From Flavobacteriales bacterium (lineage in GTDB: Bacteria > Bacteroidota > Bacteroidia > Flavobacteriales_F > PHOS-HE28), in assembly GCA_024103275.1 (NCBI GenBank), contig JAGFIV010000104.1, positions 3,779-67,778 on the forward strand: a stretch of DNA of 64,000 nucleotides, given 5' to 3'. Under the pieces are notes generated by a model. It was not told where the DNA came from. It saw only the letters and a program-made list of their open reading frames with translations, and ran no database searches. The position numbers were made by a program, and so were the translations under genes. Positions 56,115 to 64,000 of the stretch are shown here, one piece after another; position 1 is the stretch's first letter, and each line of letters starts with the position of its first letter.

Positions 56115-57004
56115 GTGGCCAAGACCAACCCCAAAGAAAAGAGCAACGCGCCAACCAAGGTTGAAAGCGCCAGGACCTTCAACTGCGGGTCCAGGTCGCG
56201 GGGCTCCCTGTTCTTCAGCACCGTACGCAAATGCCGGTCGAAGAACGGGAAGGTGACGACGAACAGGTACTGCCACCAGGACCGGAAGGAGACGGCCGTG
56301 AACACCACGAGGCTCGCAAAGCCCACGAGCACGAGCGCGGCATGATAAACCTTGGCCCTTGCCGGGCCCAGGCGCACGGCCACGGTGCGCTTCCCGCTGG
56401 CCGCATCGTTCACGGCATCGCGCATGTTGTTGAGGTTGAGCACACCGGTGGCCAACAGGCCGATGCCCGCCGCGGGCAGCAGGGTGACCGGATCGAACCG
56501 GAGGACATGCAGGAAGAAGGTGCCGCCGACGCCCAGCAGGCCGAAGAACACGAACACGCTGAGATCACCCAGGCCGACGTATCCGTATGGATGACTGCCA
56601 TACGTGTACCGTACCGCCGCCGCGATGGCGGCCAGGCCCATCAGCAGGAATACCAAGGTGGCCGGGGAAAGGCCCAGTGCGTATATGATCAAGGTGAGGC
56701 CCGAGGCCAGGGACAGCATGCCGCACGACCGGATCGCCCGCTTCATCGCGGCGGGCGTAATGGCCCCGCTCTGCACGGCACGCTCCGGCCCCACGCGCCG
56801 GTGGTTGTCCGTGCCGTGCAAATGATCGCCCAGGTCGTTGGCCAGGTTGCTGAGTACCTGGAGCAGCACGGCGGTGAGCAAGGCCAACAGGAACACCGGC
56901 CATCGGAACCCCTTTTCCCATGCGGCCAGGCCGCTCCCCACGACGATGCCGCTCATGGCCAGGGGCAATGTGCGCGGACGGAAGGCATCAAGCCACGGGT
57001 TCAT
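56111..57004 (-). CDS. menA: 1,4-dihydroxy-2-naphthoate polyprenyltransferase (UbiA family)
   Basis: 297 aa polytopic. …NLANDLGDHLHGTD… Asp-rich motif. Confidence 0.9.
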   Translation of the reverse strand: MNPWLDAFRPRTLPLAMSGIVVGSGLAAWEKGFRWPVFLLALLTAVLLQVLSNLANDLGDHLHGTDNHRRVGPERAVQSGAITPAAMKRAIRSCGMLSLASGLTLIIYALGLSPATLVFLLMGLAAIAAAVRYTYGSHPYGYVGLGDLSVFVFFGLLGVGGTFFLHVLRFDPVTLLPAAGIGLLATGVLNLNNMRDAVNDAASGKRTVAVRLGPARAKVYHAALVLVGFASLVVFTAVSFRSWWQYLFVVTFPFFDRHLRTVLKNREPRDLDPQLKVLALSTLVGALLFSLGLVLAT

Positions 57005-57010
57005 GCGTCC

Positions 57011-58690
57011 TCAGGGCTTATGAAGCTTGGCGAAGTACGCCCTCAGGATGCGGGGCGATACCTCCGCGTCCGTCCTTACCACGAGCACGGCCGGCCTTTC
57101 ATGCGGACCGTACAGGTCATCCAGTCCCTTTGCCAAGGTACCGGCGTCATGGGCTTGGTAACAGGCCAGGCCGTAGCTCTTCACCAAGGCCGGGATGTCG
57201 CGTCCGTGCGGCGCTTCAAACCAGGGAAGCAGCGCCGGGTCTTTGTCGGGCCCTTCGATGTAGCGGAAGATGTTGCCTCCCCCGTTGTCGATCACAACCA
57301 CGCGCAGCTCCGGTGGGAGGTGGTTGTTCCAGAAGGCGTTGCTGTCGTAGCAGAAGGCCACGTCGCCCGTGATGAGCGTGGTGGGCCTGCCCGTGGCGTG
57401 GGCCGCGCCCACGGCGGTGCTGGTGCAACCGTCGATGCCGCTGGTGCCGCGGTTGCTGAAGAAGTGCAGGCCCCGTCGCCGATCGAAGAGCTGGACGTAG
57501 CGCGCCGCGGTACTATTGGCCAGGTGGACATCGCTGCCTGCAGGCATGCGCTCCAGCAAGGTCCCGAACACCGCGAGGTCGCAAAATGGAGCCTCCCCCA
57601 GCACGGCTTCATGCCCCTCGCGCATCCGCTGCGCCACCATGCGCCAGGCCTCGCCATACAGGCTTTCGTTCGGCGCCACCTGCCCTTCCATCTGGGCGAG
57701 GAAGACGTGCGGGGCCACAGCGATGTCGTGGGTGAGGCTTTGGTAGGTGTCGTAGCCGCGCCATGCCTCATCGATGTGCCAGTGCTGGTCAGGCTTCCAT
57801 TTGCGCAATAGGCCCTTGATGCGCTTGCTCACCACGGCTCCCCCGAAGGTGATCAGGATATCCGGCCTCAGGTCCGTTTCATTGCCGGCATGGACCCCCT
57901 CCAGGGTGCGGTCGATGCAGGTGATGAAGGCATCGTCGTCCAGGTTGGACGTAGCCTCGGTGAGCACGGCACACTGGGGCAGCTTGGCCCATTGCTTCAG
58001 TTGTCCCTTGAAGGCATCGCCCCAAAGGCCTTGCCCCACGAGCACCATCACCTTCAGGCTTTGGGACAGCTGGCGGGCCCGCCAGCCCTTGTCCGGCAGC
58101 ATGACTGATGCCGTCGGCATGGGGGCCACCAGGCGCACCGCGTTCGTGTCCTCCGCATGTCCGTACAACGGCTCGGCAAAAGGCACGTTCACCTGCACCG
58201 GCCCCGGGGCGGGCAACAGCGTGGCATCGATGGCGGCATTGATCAGGCGGCCCGCCTGCCAACGGGCCAGTTCATCCGTGGCGCGGGGCAGTTGCACGCT
58301 TTTTTTCAGGTGCGGGGCCAACACGCCACGCTGGCGGATCGTCTGGCCTTCGCCTTGGTCAGTCCATTCCTCCGGCCGGTCCGCACTGATCACCAACAGG
58401 GGAATGCGCTGATAGAAGGCCTCGGCGACGGCGGGACCGTAGTTGAGCACGGCGGTCCCGCTGGTGCAGATCAGGGCCACGGGGCGGTGCAGCTGTTGGG
58501 CCATGCCCAAGGCGAAGAACGCGGCGCTGCGTTCATCGATCACCTGAAGGCAGGTAATGGCGGGCTGTTGGCTGAAGGCGATCACCAGCGGCGCATTGCG
58601 CGACCCCGGGCTGATCACGGCATGATGCACGCCCTTTTCGGCACATAGGCGGGCCAGTTCAGCAGCGGCAAAATGGTCGGTCGTGGACAT
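57011..58690 (-). CDS. menD: 2-succinyl-5-enolpyruvyl-6-hydroxy-3-cyclohexene-1-carboxylate synthase (ThDP enzyme)
   Basis: 559 aa; …GSRNAPL… and …GDVAFCYD… ThDP-binding motifs. Confidence 0.9.
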   Translation of the reverse strand: MSTTDHFAAAELARLCAEKGVHHAVISPGSRNAPLVIAFSQQPAITCLQVIDERSAAFFALGMAQQLHRPVALICTSGTAVLNYGPAVAEAFYQRIPLLVISADRPEEWTDQGEGQTIRQRGVLAPHLKKSVQLPRATDELARWQAGRLINAAIDATLLPAPGPVQVNVPFAEPLYGHAEDTNAVRLVAPMPTASVMLPDKGWRARQLSQSLKVMVLVGQGLWGDAFKGQLKQWAKLPQCAVLTEATSNLDDDAFITCIDRTLEGVHAGNETDLRPDILITFGGAVVSKRIKGLLRKWKPDQHWHIDEAWRGYDTYQSLTHDIAVAPHVFLAQMEGQVAPNESLYGEAWRMVAQRMREGHEAVLGEAPFCDLAVFGTLLERMPAGSDVHLANSTAARYVQLFDRRRGLHFFSNRGTSGIDGCTSTAVGAAHATGRPTTLITGDVAFCYDSNAFWNNHLPPELRVVVIDNGGGNIFRYIEGPDKDPALLPWFEAPHGRDIPALVKSYGLACYQAHDAGTLAKGLDDLYGPHERPAVLVVRTDAEVSPRILRAYFAKLHKP

Positions 58691-58693
58691 GGT

Positions 58694-59803
58694 TCAATCC
58701 GCATGGGCGGTAATTCCGGGGGCGCGCAGCCAAGTACGGGCCTTCCTTTCGGTCTCGGTCCATTCCATGGTGGCCTCGCTGCCCCGGGTGATGCCCGCAC
58801 CCACCATCAATTGCGTCCGCCCGGCCACATGGCGCATGCACCGCAGGTTGACGAACAGGTCCGTTCGGCCACTGGGGTTCCATGGCCCCCAAAAGCCGGC
58901 ATAGAGAGACCGGTCATGCTTCTCATGCGAGCGGATAAAGTGCTGCGCCTCGCCGGTGGGCACGCCGCAGACGGCCGGGGTGGGATGCAGCCGGGCCACC
59001 AGCTCCGCCAGGGGAACATCGCCCAACCCCGCTTCCAGCACCGTATGCAGGTGGGCCACCGGACCGGCTGCCAGCACGGCAGGGCCAACCGTCTTCACGT
59101 CGCCCAGGTGCAGTCTCTCCAAGATGTCACGCACATAGGTGGTCACCTTTCCCTGTTCATCCAGCTCCTTGGGGCCCCATTCGCGAATGGTGGGCGGGAG
59201 GGATTCCGCGGGGCGGGTGGCCGCGATGGAATCCACGCTGACGTGGTTGCCTTTCGCCGTCACCAGCCGTTCGGGCGAAGCGCCCATCCACAATCCACCG
59301 GAGGGCGTGCGGGCCATGGCCACCAAGGTGTGGTGATTGTCCTCCAGCGCCCAGGTGAACAGCCCGGGCCAACGCTCCGGGGGAATGTCGGCATCCATGG
59401 CACGGGAGAGCACCACCTTTGCCAATACTCCTTGGGCACAGGCCTGCCGGGCTGCATTCACGGCATCCAGGAAGTCCTGCCTGGCGGTGGCCGGCCCGGG
59501 ATCGGCACGGGTTTCCTCCGCCCCGGCACATTCGTCCAACACCCCGGCATGCGGCGCATCTTGCGGGAAGGTCAGTTCAATTTCGGCGCGCACGAACGGA
59601 ACCTGGCCCGGATCCATGGCGAACGGGGCCATGATGAAGACCCGCTCCTTGGCCGAAAGGCCGGGCCAGTCCGTGGTGGTCTCCCGGGGGTCCCGCTGGG
59701 CCCACAGGCGCACCGGTTCGCCGGGCACCCGGAACGCCGCGAAGGTCAACCCTCGCCGGACGCAGTGGGCCAAGGCTTCGTGCAGCCCCGAATGCGCGCT
59801 CAT
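58694..59803 (-). CDS. menF: Isochorismate synthase
   Basis: Start MSAHSGLHEALAH (residue 28). C-terminal chorismate-binding domain (…GFWGPWNPSGRTDLFVNLRCMRH…GAGITRGS…). Confidence 0.8.
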   Translation of the reverse strand: MSAHSGLHEALAHCVRRGLTFAAFRVPGEPVRLWAQRDPRETTTDWPGLSAKERVFIMAPFAMDPGQVPFVRAEIELTFPQDAPHAGVLDECAGAEETRADPGPATARQDFLDAVNAARQACAQGVLAKVVLSRAMDADIPPERWPGLFTWALEDNHHTLVAMARTPSGGLWMGASPERLVTAKGNHVSVDSIAATRPAESLPPTIREWGPKELDEQGKVTTYVRDILERLHLGDVKTVGPAVLAAGPVAHLHTVLEAGLGDVPLAELVARLHPTPAVCGVPTGEAQHFIRSHEKHDRSLYAGFWGPWNPSGRTDLFVNLRCMRHVAGRTQLMVGAGITRGSEATMEWTETERKARTWLRAPGITAHAD

Positions 59804-60219
59804 GTCCGCTTGTCGATCACCATGTTGGTGAGCCTGCACACGGCCACCAGTTCGCCCGCCTCGTTGGTCACGCGGATGTCCCATACGTGCGTGGTACGCC
59901 CTTGATGGAGCAAGGTGCCCGTGGCGGTGACGATGCCCGACGTGGCGCTCCTGAGGTGGTTGGCGTTCAACTCGATGCCGACCACGGCCTTTTTGTCGAG
60001 GTCCACCAGCATGGCGGACCCCATGCTTCCCAATGTTTCGGCCAAGGCGGCCGTGGCACCTCCGTGCAGCAACCCCATGGGCTGCTTGGTACGGTGGTCC
60101 ACCGGCATGGTGGCGGCCAAGGTGCCGGGGTCACCGGCCACGAAGGTGATGCCCAACCGGGTCACCATGTTTTCCTTCTGGATCGCATTGGCCCACGCGA
60201 TCTGCTCTTCGTTGAACAT
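59800..60219 (-). CDS. Hotdog-fold thioesterase (PaaI / 1,4-dihydroxy-2-naphthoyl-CoA hydrolase family)
   Basis: Start MFNEEQIAWANAIQKE. C-terminal 139 aa of track ORF 59800-60807. …LHGGATAALAETLGS…. 4-bp overlap with menF. Confidence 0.75.
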   Translation of the reverse strand: MFNEEQIAWANAIQKENMVTRLGITFVAGDPGTLAATMPVDHRTKQPMGLLHGGATAALAETLGSMGSAMLVDLDKKAVVGIELNANHLRSATSGIVTATGTLLHQGRTTHVWDIRVTNEAGELVAVCRLTNMVIDKRT

Positions 60220-60291
60220 GGTGCGAAAGTACTCCGCCCGGCGGCGAAGGCATTGGCACGGGTGGATCGGCACAAGGGCGATCTTTGCACC

Positions 60292-61050
60292 ATGAAAGCA
60301 CTGGACCCGACCGGGAAAGCCAGCCCTGCCGAGGAGGCCGCTGATGGAACGGCGCCCAAGGCCCGGAAACGCCTGTTGTTGGTGGAGGACGAGGAATCGT
60401 TGCGTTCCACCTTGCGGATGAACTTCGAGATGGAGGGCTACGACGTGACCACCGCCGTGCGCGGCGGCGAGGCCCTGGAACGCATCCGCGGGGCGCGGTT
60501 CGACGGCATTGTGCTGGACGTGATGCTGCCGGACGTGGACGGTTTCACCATCTGTGAGACCGTGCGGCTGGAGGGCGACCGCACGCCGGTTCTTTTCCTC
60601 ACCGCGCGCACCAACCCGGCCGACCGGGTGCGCGGGCTTCGCACCGGCGACGACTTCCTGGCCAAGCCGTTCGACCTGCAGGAACTGTTGCTGCGGGTGG
60701 AGAAATTGGTGGCCCGTGCGGACGAAGGCAATGGCACCGCACCGGCCGAACGGATCGATTTCGGGGGCAATACCGTTGATTTCACCACCTACGAGATCAC
60801 GGGCCAACGGGGCCTGAACAAGCGGCTCACCCAGCGGGAGATGCTGCTGCTACGGCTGCTGACCGAACGGGCCGGCGAGGTGGTTTCCCGCGAGGAGATC
60901 TTGCAAAAGGTATGGGGCTATGATGTGTTCCCCACCACCCGGACCATCGATAATTTCATCGTTTCCTTCCGGAAATATTTTGAAGCCAACCCACACAAGC
61001 CCAAGCACTTCCAATCGGTCAGGGGAGTGGGATACCTCTTCAATCCGTGA
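60292..61050 (+). CDS. OmpR-family response regulator; no cognate kinase adjacent
   Basis: Start MKALDPTGK… (residue 136 of track ORF). …RLLLVEDEESL…LDVMLPDVDG… receiver + winged helix. Confidence 0.85.
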   Translation: MKALDPTGKASPAEEAADGTAPKARKRLLLVEDEESLRSTLRMNFEMEGYDVTTAVRGGEALERIRGARFDGIVLDVMLPDVDGFTICETVRLEGDRTPVLFLTARTNPADRVRGLRTGDDFLAKPFDLQELLLRVEKLVARADEGNGTAPAERIDFGGNTVDFTTYEITGQRGLNKRLTQREMLLLRLLTERAGEVVSREEILQKVWGYDVFPTTRTIDNFIVSFRKYFEANPHKPKHFQSVRGVGYLFNP

Positions 61051-61143
61051 ATCTTTTTCCCAAGGAGGCAACCCTTTTGCCGGTCGTCCGTCTTGCTATT
61101 GGATTCAAGGTTCTTCCTTAATCCGGTTCCTAATCCTTGCAGG

Positions 61144-61175
61144 TTTACCGCGCAGGGGCCCGAAATGGGCCCCTG
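61144..61175 (+). terminator. Strong intrinsic terminator: AGGGGCCC-gaaat-GGGCCCCT + GTTCGGTTTTT
   Basis: Read directly, 94 bp after the response-regulator stop. Confidence 0.7.
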
Positions 61176-61211
61176 TTCGGTTTTTCAGGGGCCTGGTCCC
61201 GCAGGTCCGGC

Positions 61212-63965
61212 CTATTCCGCACCGGAGGCCAGGCAGAATTTGCAGTATTTGCTTTCGGGATCGTGCTCCACGGGAATGGCCGGGTCCATCATTTCCTGCA
61301 CGGCCTGGGCAAGCACCTTGGCGATGGCGGGCAGGTCCTTCCGGGTGATGGTAGTGAGTCCGCCCACCGTCAGCAGCATGGGGCTGTGGCTTTCCGCGTT
61401 CCGCAGCGGAAGGATCCCCGCCTCCAAGGCCTCGGCCGTTGGATCGCCGGTGAGATAAAGCCAGGAATACATCATCAACTGCGCCGCGTAGCGCTTCTCG
61501 CCACGGAAGGCATCGAGGTCCCAGGCGGCCACCTCCAAGTCCCGCGGGGCCACCTTCCCGGTCTTGAGGTCGAGGATGCGGAGCATGCCGTTGCAACGGT
61601 CCACGCGGTCCAGGCGTCCTTTGATCTTCACCGGGGAGCCGATGGCCTGGGCAGCCTGCCCCAAGGGTGCCTCCAGCGGCATCTCCTGTGCCAGCACGGT
61701 AACCACCGCGCCGGACCGCAGGCCTTCGGCCTCATTGCGCAGGAAGCGCCTGGCGGCATGCAAGGCCATGTGGAGCTGGAACATCGGCTGCCCACGGTCC
61801 AACTGGTCCGCAGGGATCTCCTTGGTGAGTTCGGCGTGCAAGCGATCCGGTACCTCCCCGACGGCTTTTTCCAACCCATCCGCTTCCAACGGCTTACCCA
61901 GCCACCGTTCATATATGCCCTCGACCGTGTTGTGCAGGGCTTCACCCAGGACATTGGGTGCAATGCGGGCATCGAACGCTTCATATTCCTTCAATCGCAG
62001 GACCCGCTTGAAGTGGAAATCCAACGGGCAGCGCAACCAATCACCCAGGGCTGACGGAGAGAGGCCCCTTTCCAGCTCTTTGCGCAAGGCTTCCAGGACG
62101 GAGGCATCCTTGTCCACGCGAATGGCCACCGGGGGTGGTATCACCATGGCCACCTCCGCATCGCGCACCACCATGTGCTGCCCCCGGCGCTTGTACAACT
62201 CGTGCTGCAACTGCATGATGAAGCGGCTCGGTCCTCCCCCTTCGTCCTCATCGGGCCAGATCAGCGCTGCCTGGTCGCACCGTTGCAGCATGCGCAGGAA
62301 ATTATAGGCCTGCACCGCTTCGGTATCGTCGCGCAGCGGCATCTCGACGGCCTTGCGCAGCTCGAAGGGAATGTAGCTGCGCCCGTCGTTGCCGGCCGGC
62401 AACACGCCTTCCTTGGCACCCAGCACGATCACCCTTTCGGCATCCAGGGCGCGCGCCTCCAACATCCCCATCACCTGCACCCCCATGAGGGGCTCGCCAT
62501 GGAACCCCAGGCGGGCGCCGGACAGGATGCGGCGGAACATGGACGCGTATGCCTTGGCATCCAGCTCGTGGTGGTACCGCCCCAGCAGCTGGTGCACACG
62601 TTGCAGCACGAGCGAAGCCTGGAAGATCTGCTCCCGGGCAAAAGCATCGGCCTCCATCATCCGCATGGCCCAGGCCAGGGCATGGGCGGTAATCCCCGGC
62701 ATTGAGCCGCGCACATCGTCCACTTCAACGAAGATGCCTTCCGCCTCGGGGAAGGCCCCGCTTGTGGCGAAGGCCTCGCGCAGGACAGCAGCCGGCCAAT
62801 AGACACGATGCCCGCCGCGGACCCTTGCCAGCACCTGGTCCATGGCGTGGCCCTGCCCCTTGGCCCTCAGGAACGGATGTCCCAGGAATCGCCCGACGTC
62901 CTTGTGGAAGAATCCTTGGCCGGGCATCAGCCCCGCATGCAGCTGGTGCAGCGCCTCCAGGAAGGAACCCACGGGCAGTTGGGCAGCTGCCAGGCCCATG
63001 GTGACATTGACCGGCCCCAGGTCCTTGGGGAGCGCCTCGAGCAAGGGCGGCAGCAGGCTTTCATCCGCAAGGACCACGGCGGTGCGGGCGCGCTCCTCCG
63101 GCGTGGCCTGTTTCAGCAGCTCGGCGGCGCACCAGGCCTGGGCGGCGTTGTTCGGCGCGCGGACCGCCTCGATCCGTGCACGCCCATGGCCCAGTCCATC
63201 CTCCATGGCGATCACGCCCTTTCCGAAATAGGCCATGGCTTTCCGCAGGTGCATGCCCGCTTCCTGCACGGGGTCGTCAACGTAATAACGGTCGGCATCC
63301 CAGGCCATCCGTGCCAGGCCCTTGCCGTGGAAGAGGCGCACCACTCCTTCCTGGGCCTTGGTGAAGGCGTTGAGGCCGGTGAACCATACGGCCTGCCAAC
63401 GGGCCAGATGGTCCTTGCCCCGCTCCAGCGCCATCCGCTCGATCAGCCCGGTCGTGCCGGCCCCGAGTTCCAGGAGTTGTCCGTTCAGTGCGGCATGCAG
63501 CCGGCCCACCATGGCCCAATAGCGAAGCAGGTGATCCTGGCCTTTGCTCAGCGGTTCATCCTTGAAGGTCCATTCGATGTTCTCCCAGAGCCGGAGGTCG
63601 CGGTAATACGTGTCCAGGTTCACCAGGTGCGCATCGGCCTCGCTGATGTCGGCCAGCGCGGTGCCGCCCCATTGCAGGAAGTCGCCAAGTGCCTGCGCCT
63701 TGGTTCCTTCCACCTTGCGGTAGGCCTCATAGCCTTCGAAGAGCAGTTCCTCGTTGGCGAGGGGCCTCAGGCCGGCAAGTTCCTGCATGAAGGTGCCCGT
63801 GGTGTACAACTGCGGGCTCCACAGGGCCCGGCCCGCCTCTTGTGCGATCCACTTGCGCAAGTACAGGCCCGCACGCTGGCTGGGCAACACCACGGCCACA
63901 TCGCGCAAGCCCTGCGGATGCTCGCGGAGGAGTGCCTTGGCCACTTGGAGCAGGAAGGGTTCCAT
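61212..63965 (-). CDS. AddB-like PD-(D/E)XK nuclease family protein
   Basis: 917 aa. C-terminal RecB-type nuclease motif (…RLDRVDR…LRILDLKTGK…). Terminal Cys cluster …YCKFC…. A minus-strand gene fragment (63967-64000) precedes it. Confidence 0.75.
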   Translation of the reverse strand: MEPFLLQVAKALLREHPQGLRDVAVVLPSQRAGLYLRKWIAQEAGRALWSPQLYTTGTFMQELAGLRPLANEELLFEGYEAYRKVEGTKAQALGDFLQWGGTALADISEADAHLVNLDTYYRDLRLWENIEWTFKDEPLSKGQDHLLRYWAMVGRLHAALNGQLLELGAGTTGLIERMALERGKDHLARWQAVWFTGLNAFTKAQEGVVRLFHGKGLARMAWDADRYYVDDPVQEAGMHLRKAMAYFGKGVIAMEDGLGHGRARIEAVRAPNNAAQAWCAAELLKQATPEERARTAVVLADESLLPPLLEALPKDLGPVNVTMGLAAAQLPVGSFLEALHQLHAGLMPGQGFFHKDVGRFLGHPFLRAKGQGHAMDQVLARVRGGHRVYWPAAVLREAFATSGAFPEAEGIFVEVDDVRGSMPGITAHALAWAMRMMEADAFAREQIFQASLVLQRVHQLLGRYHHELDAKAYASMFRRILSGARLGFHGEPLMGVQVMGMLEARALDAERVIVLGAKEGVLPAGNDGRSYIPFELRKAVEMPLRDDTEAVQAYNFLRMLQRCDQAALIWPDEDEGGGPSRFIMQLQHELYKRRGQHMVVRDAEVAMVIPPPVAIRVDKDASVLEALRKELERGLSPSALGDWLRCPLDFHFKRVLRLKEYEAFDARIAPNVLGEALHNTVEGIYERWLGKPLEADGLEKAVGEVPDRLHAELTKEIPADQLDRGQPMFQLHMALHAARRFLRNEAEGLRSGAVVTVLAQEMPLEAPLGQAAQAIGSPVKIKGRLDRVDRCNGMLRILDLKTGKVAPRDLEVAAWDLDAFRGEKRYAAQLMMYSWLYLTGDPTAEALEAGILPLRNAESHSPMLLTVGGLTTITRKDLPAIAKVLAQAVQEMMDPAIPVEHDPESKYCKFCLASGAE

Positions 63966-64000
63966 GTCAGGGCCGACCGTTCCGTCAGGTGTTCGGGCAC

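Noticed and set aside
56231-57811. 526-aa + ORF across menA/menD
   Set aside because: Antisense of two men genes with clear family motifs.
63967-64000. Gene fragment at the right window edge (track ORF 63767-64000 minus starts with edge GTG)
   Set aside because: Only ~11 codons of an upstream minus-strand gene are visible, possibly a UvrD/AddA-type helicase partner of the AddB-like gene. This is too little sequence to call. The track ORF itself is a different frame overlapping the AddB-like gene.
1-64000. Mobile elements (transposase, integrase, phage genes)
   Set aside because: No ORF with transposase or integrase-like motifs was seen. The palindrome at 1618-1790 is the only repeat-element candidate and is reported as such.

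Overview
High-GC chromosomal segment, Bacteroidetes-like throughout: two type-B T9SS / 'gliding motility-associated' C-terminal sorting domains, four upstream TAnnTTTG -7 promoter motifs, and a GldE-like / LptC-like / OMP / CoaX cluster. I support about 55 CDS, one tRNA-Phe(GAA), several intrinsic terminators and a few operator-like palindromes. I see no transposase, integrase, CRISPR array or rRNA.

Gene content is mostly housekeeping:
- purH-mreB-mreC-mreD-mrdA-rodA operon with ATGA overlaps
- ppiD
- a menaquinone cluster (thioesterase-menF-menD-menA-menC-menE)
- kbl, gatC, plsC, trpS, gpmI, coaX, ggt

Accessory content:
- a phoB-like / NptA(PhoU) / phoR-like phosphate module
- a MarR + NmrA pair with paired TTAG-N4-CTAA palindromes
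- a TonB-dependent receptor
- tandem paralogous T9SS cargo proteins
- a short YD-repeat protein

The most interesting unit is a 4-bp-overlapped minus-strand operon: ECF sigma factor -> single-pass anti-sigma with periplasmic TPR domain -> 1083-aa periplasmic TPR-CHAT (caspase-like) protease anchored by a C-terminal TM helix, with a divergent small LuxR-type regulator. This looks like an undescribed envelope signalling/proteolysis module, conceptually paralleling the TPR-CHAT protease / sigma-factor axis of type III-E CRISPR systems.

A 795-bp non-coding gap (1524-2318) holds a ~170-bp nested imperfect palindrome (1618-1790).

The ORF track accepts ATG/GTG/TTG starts and is dominated by antisense shadow ORFs typical of GC-rich DNA. 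Real starts were re-derived by frame arithmetic from the track, and boundaries may be off by a few codons.
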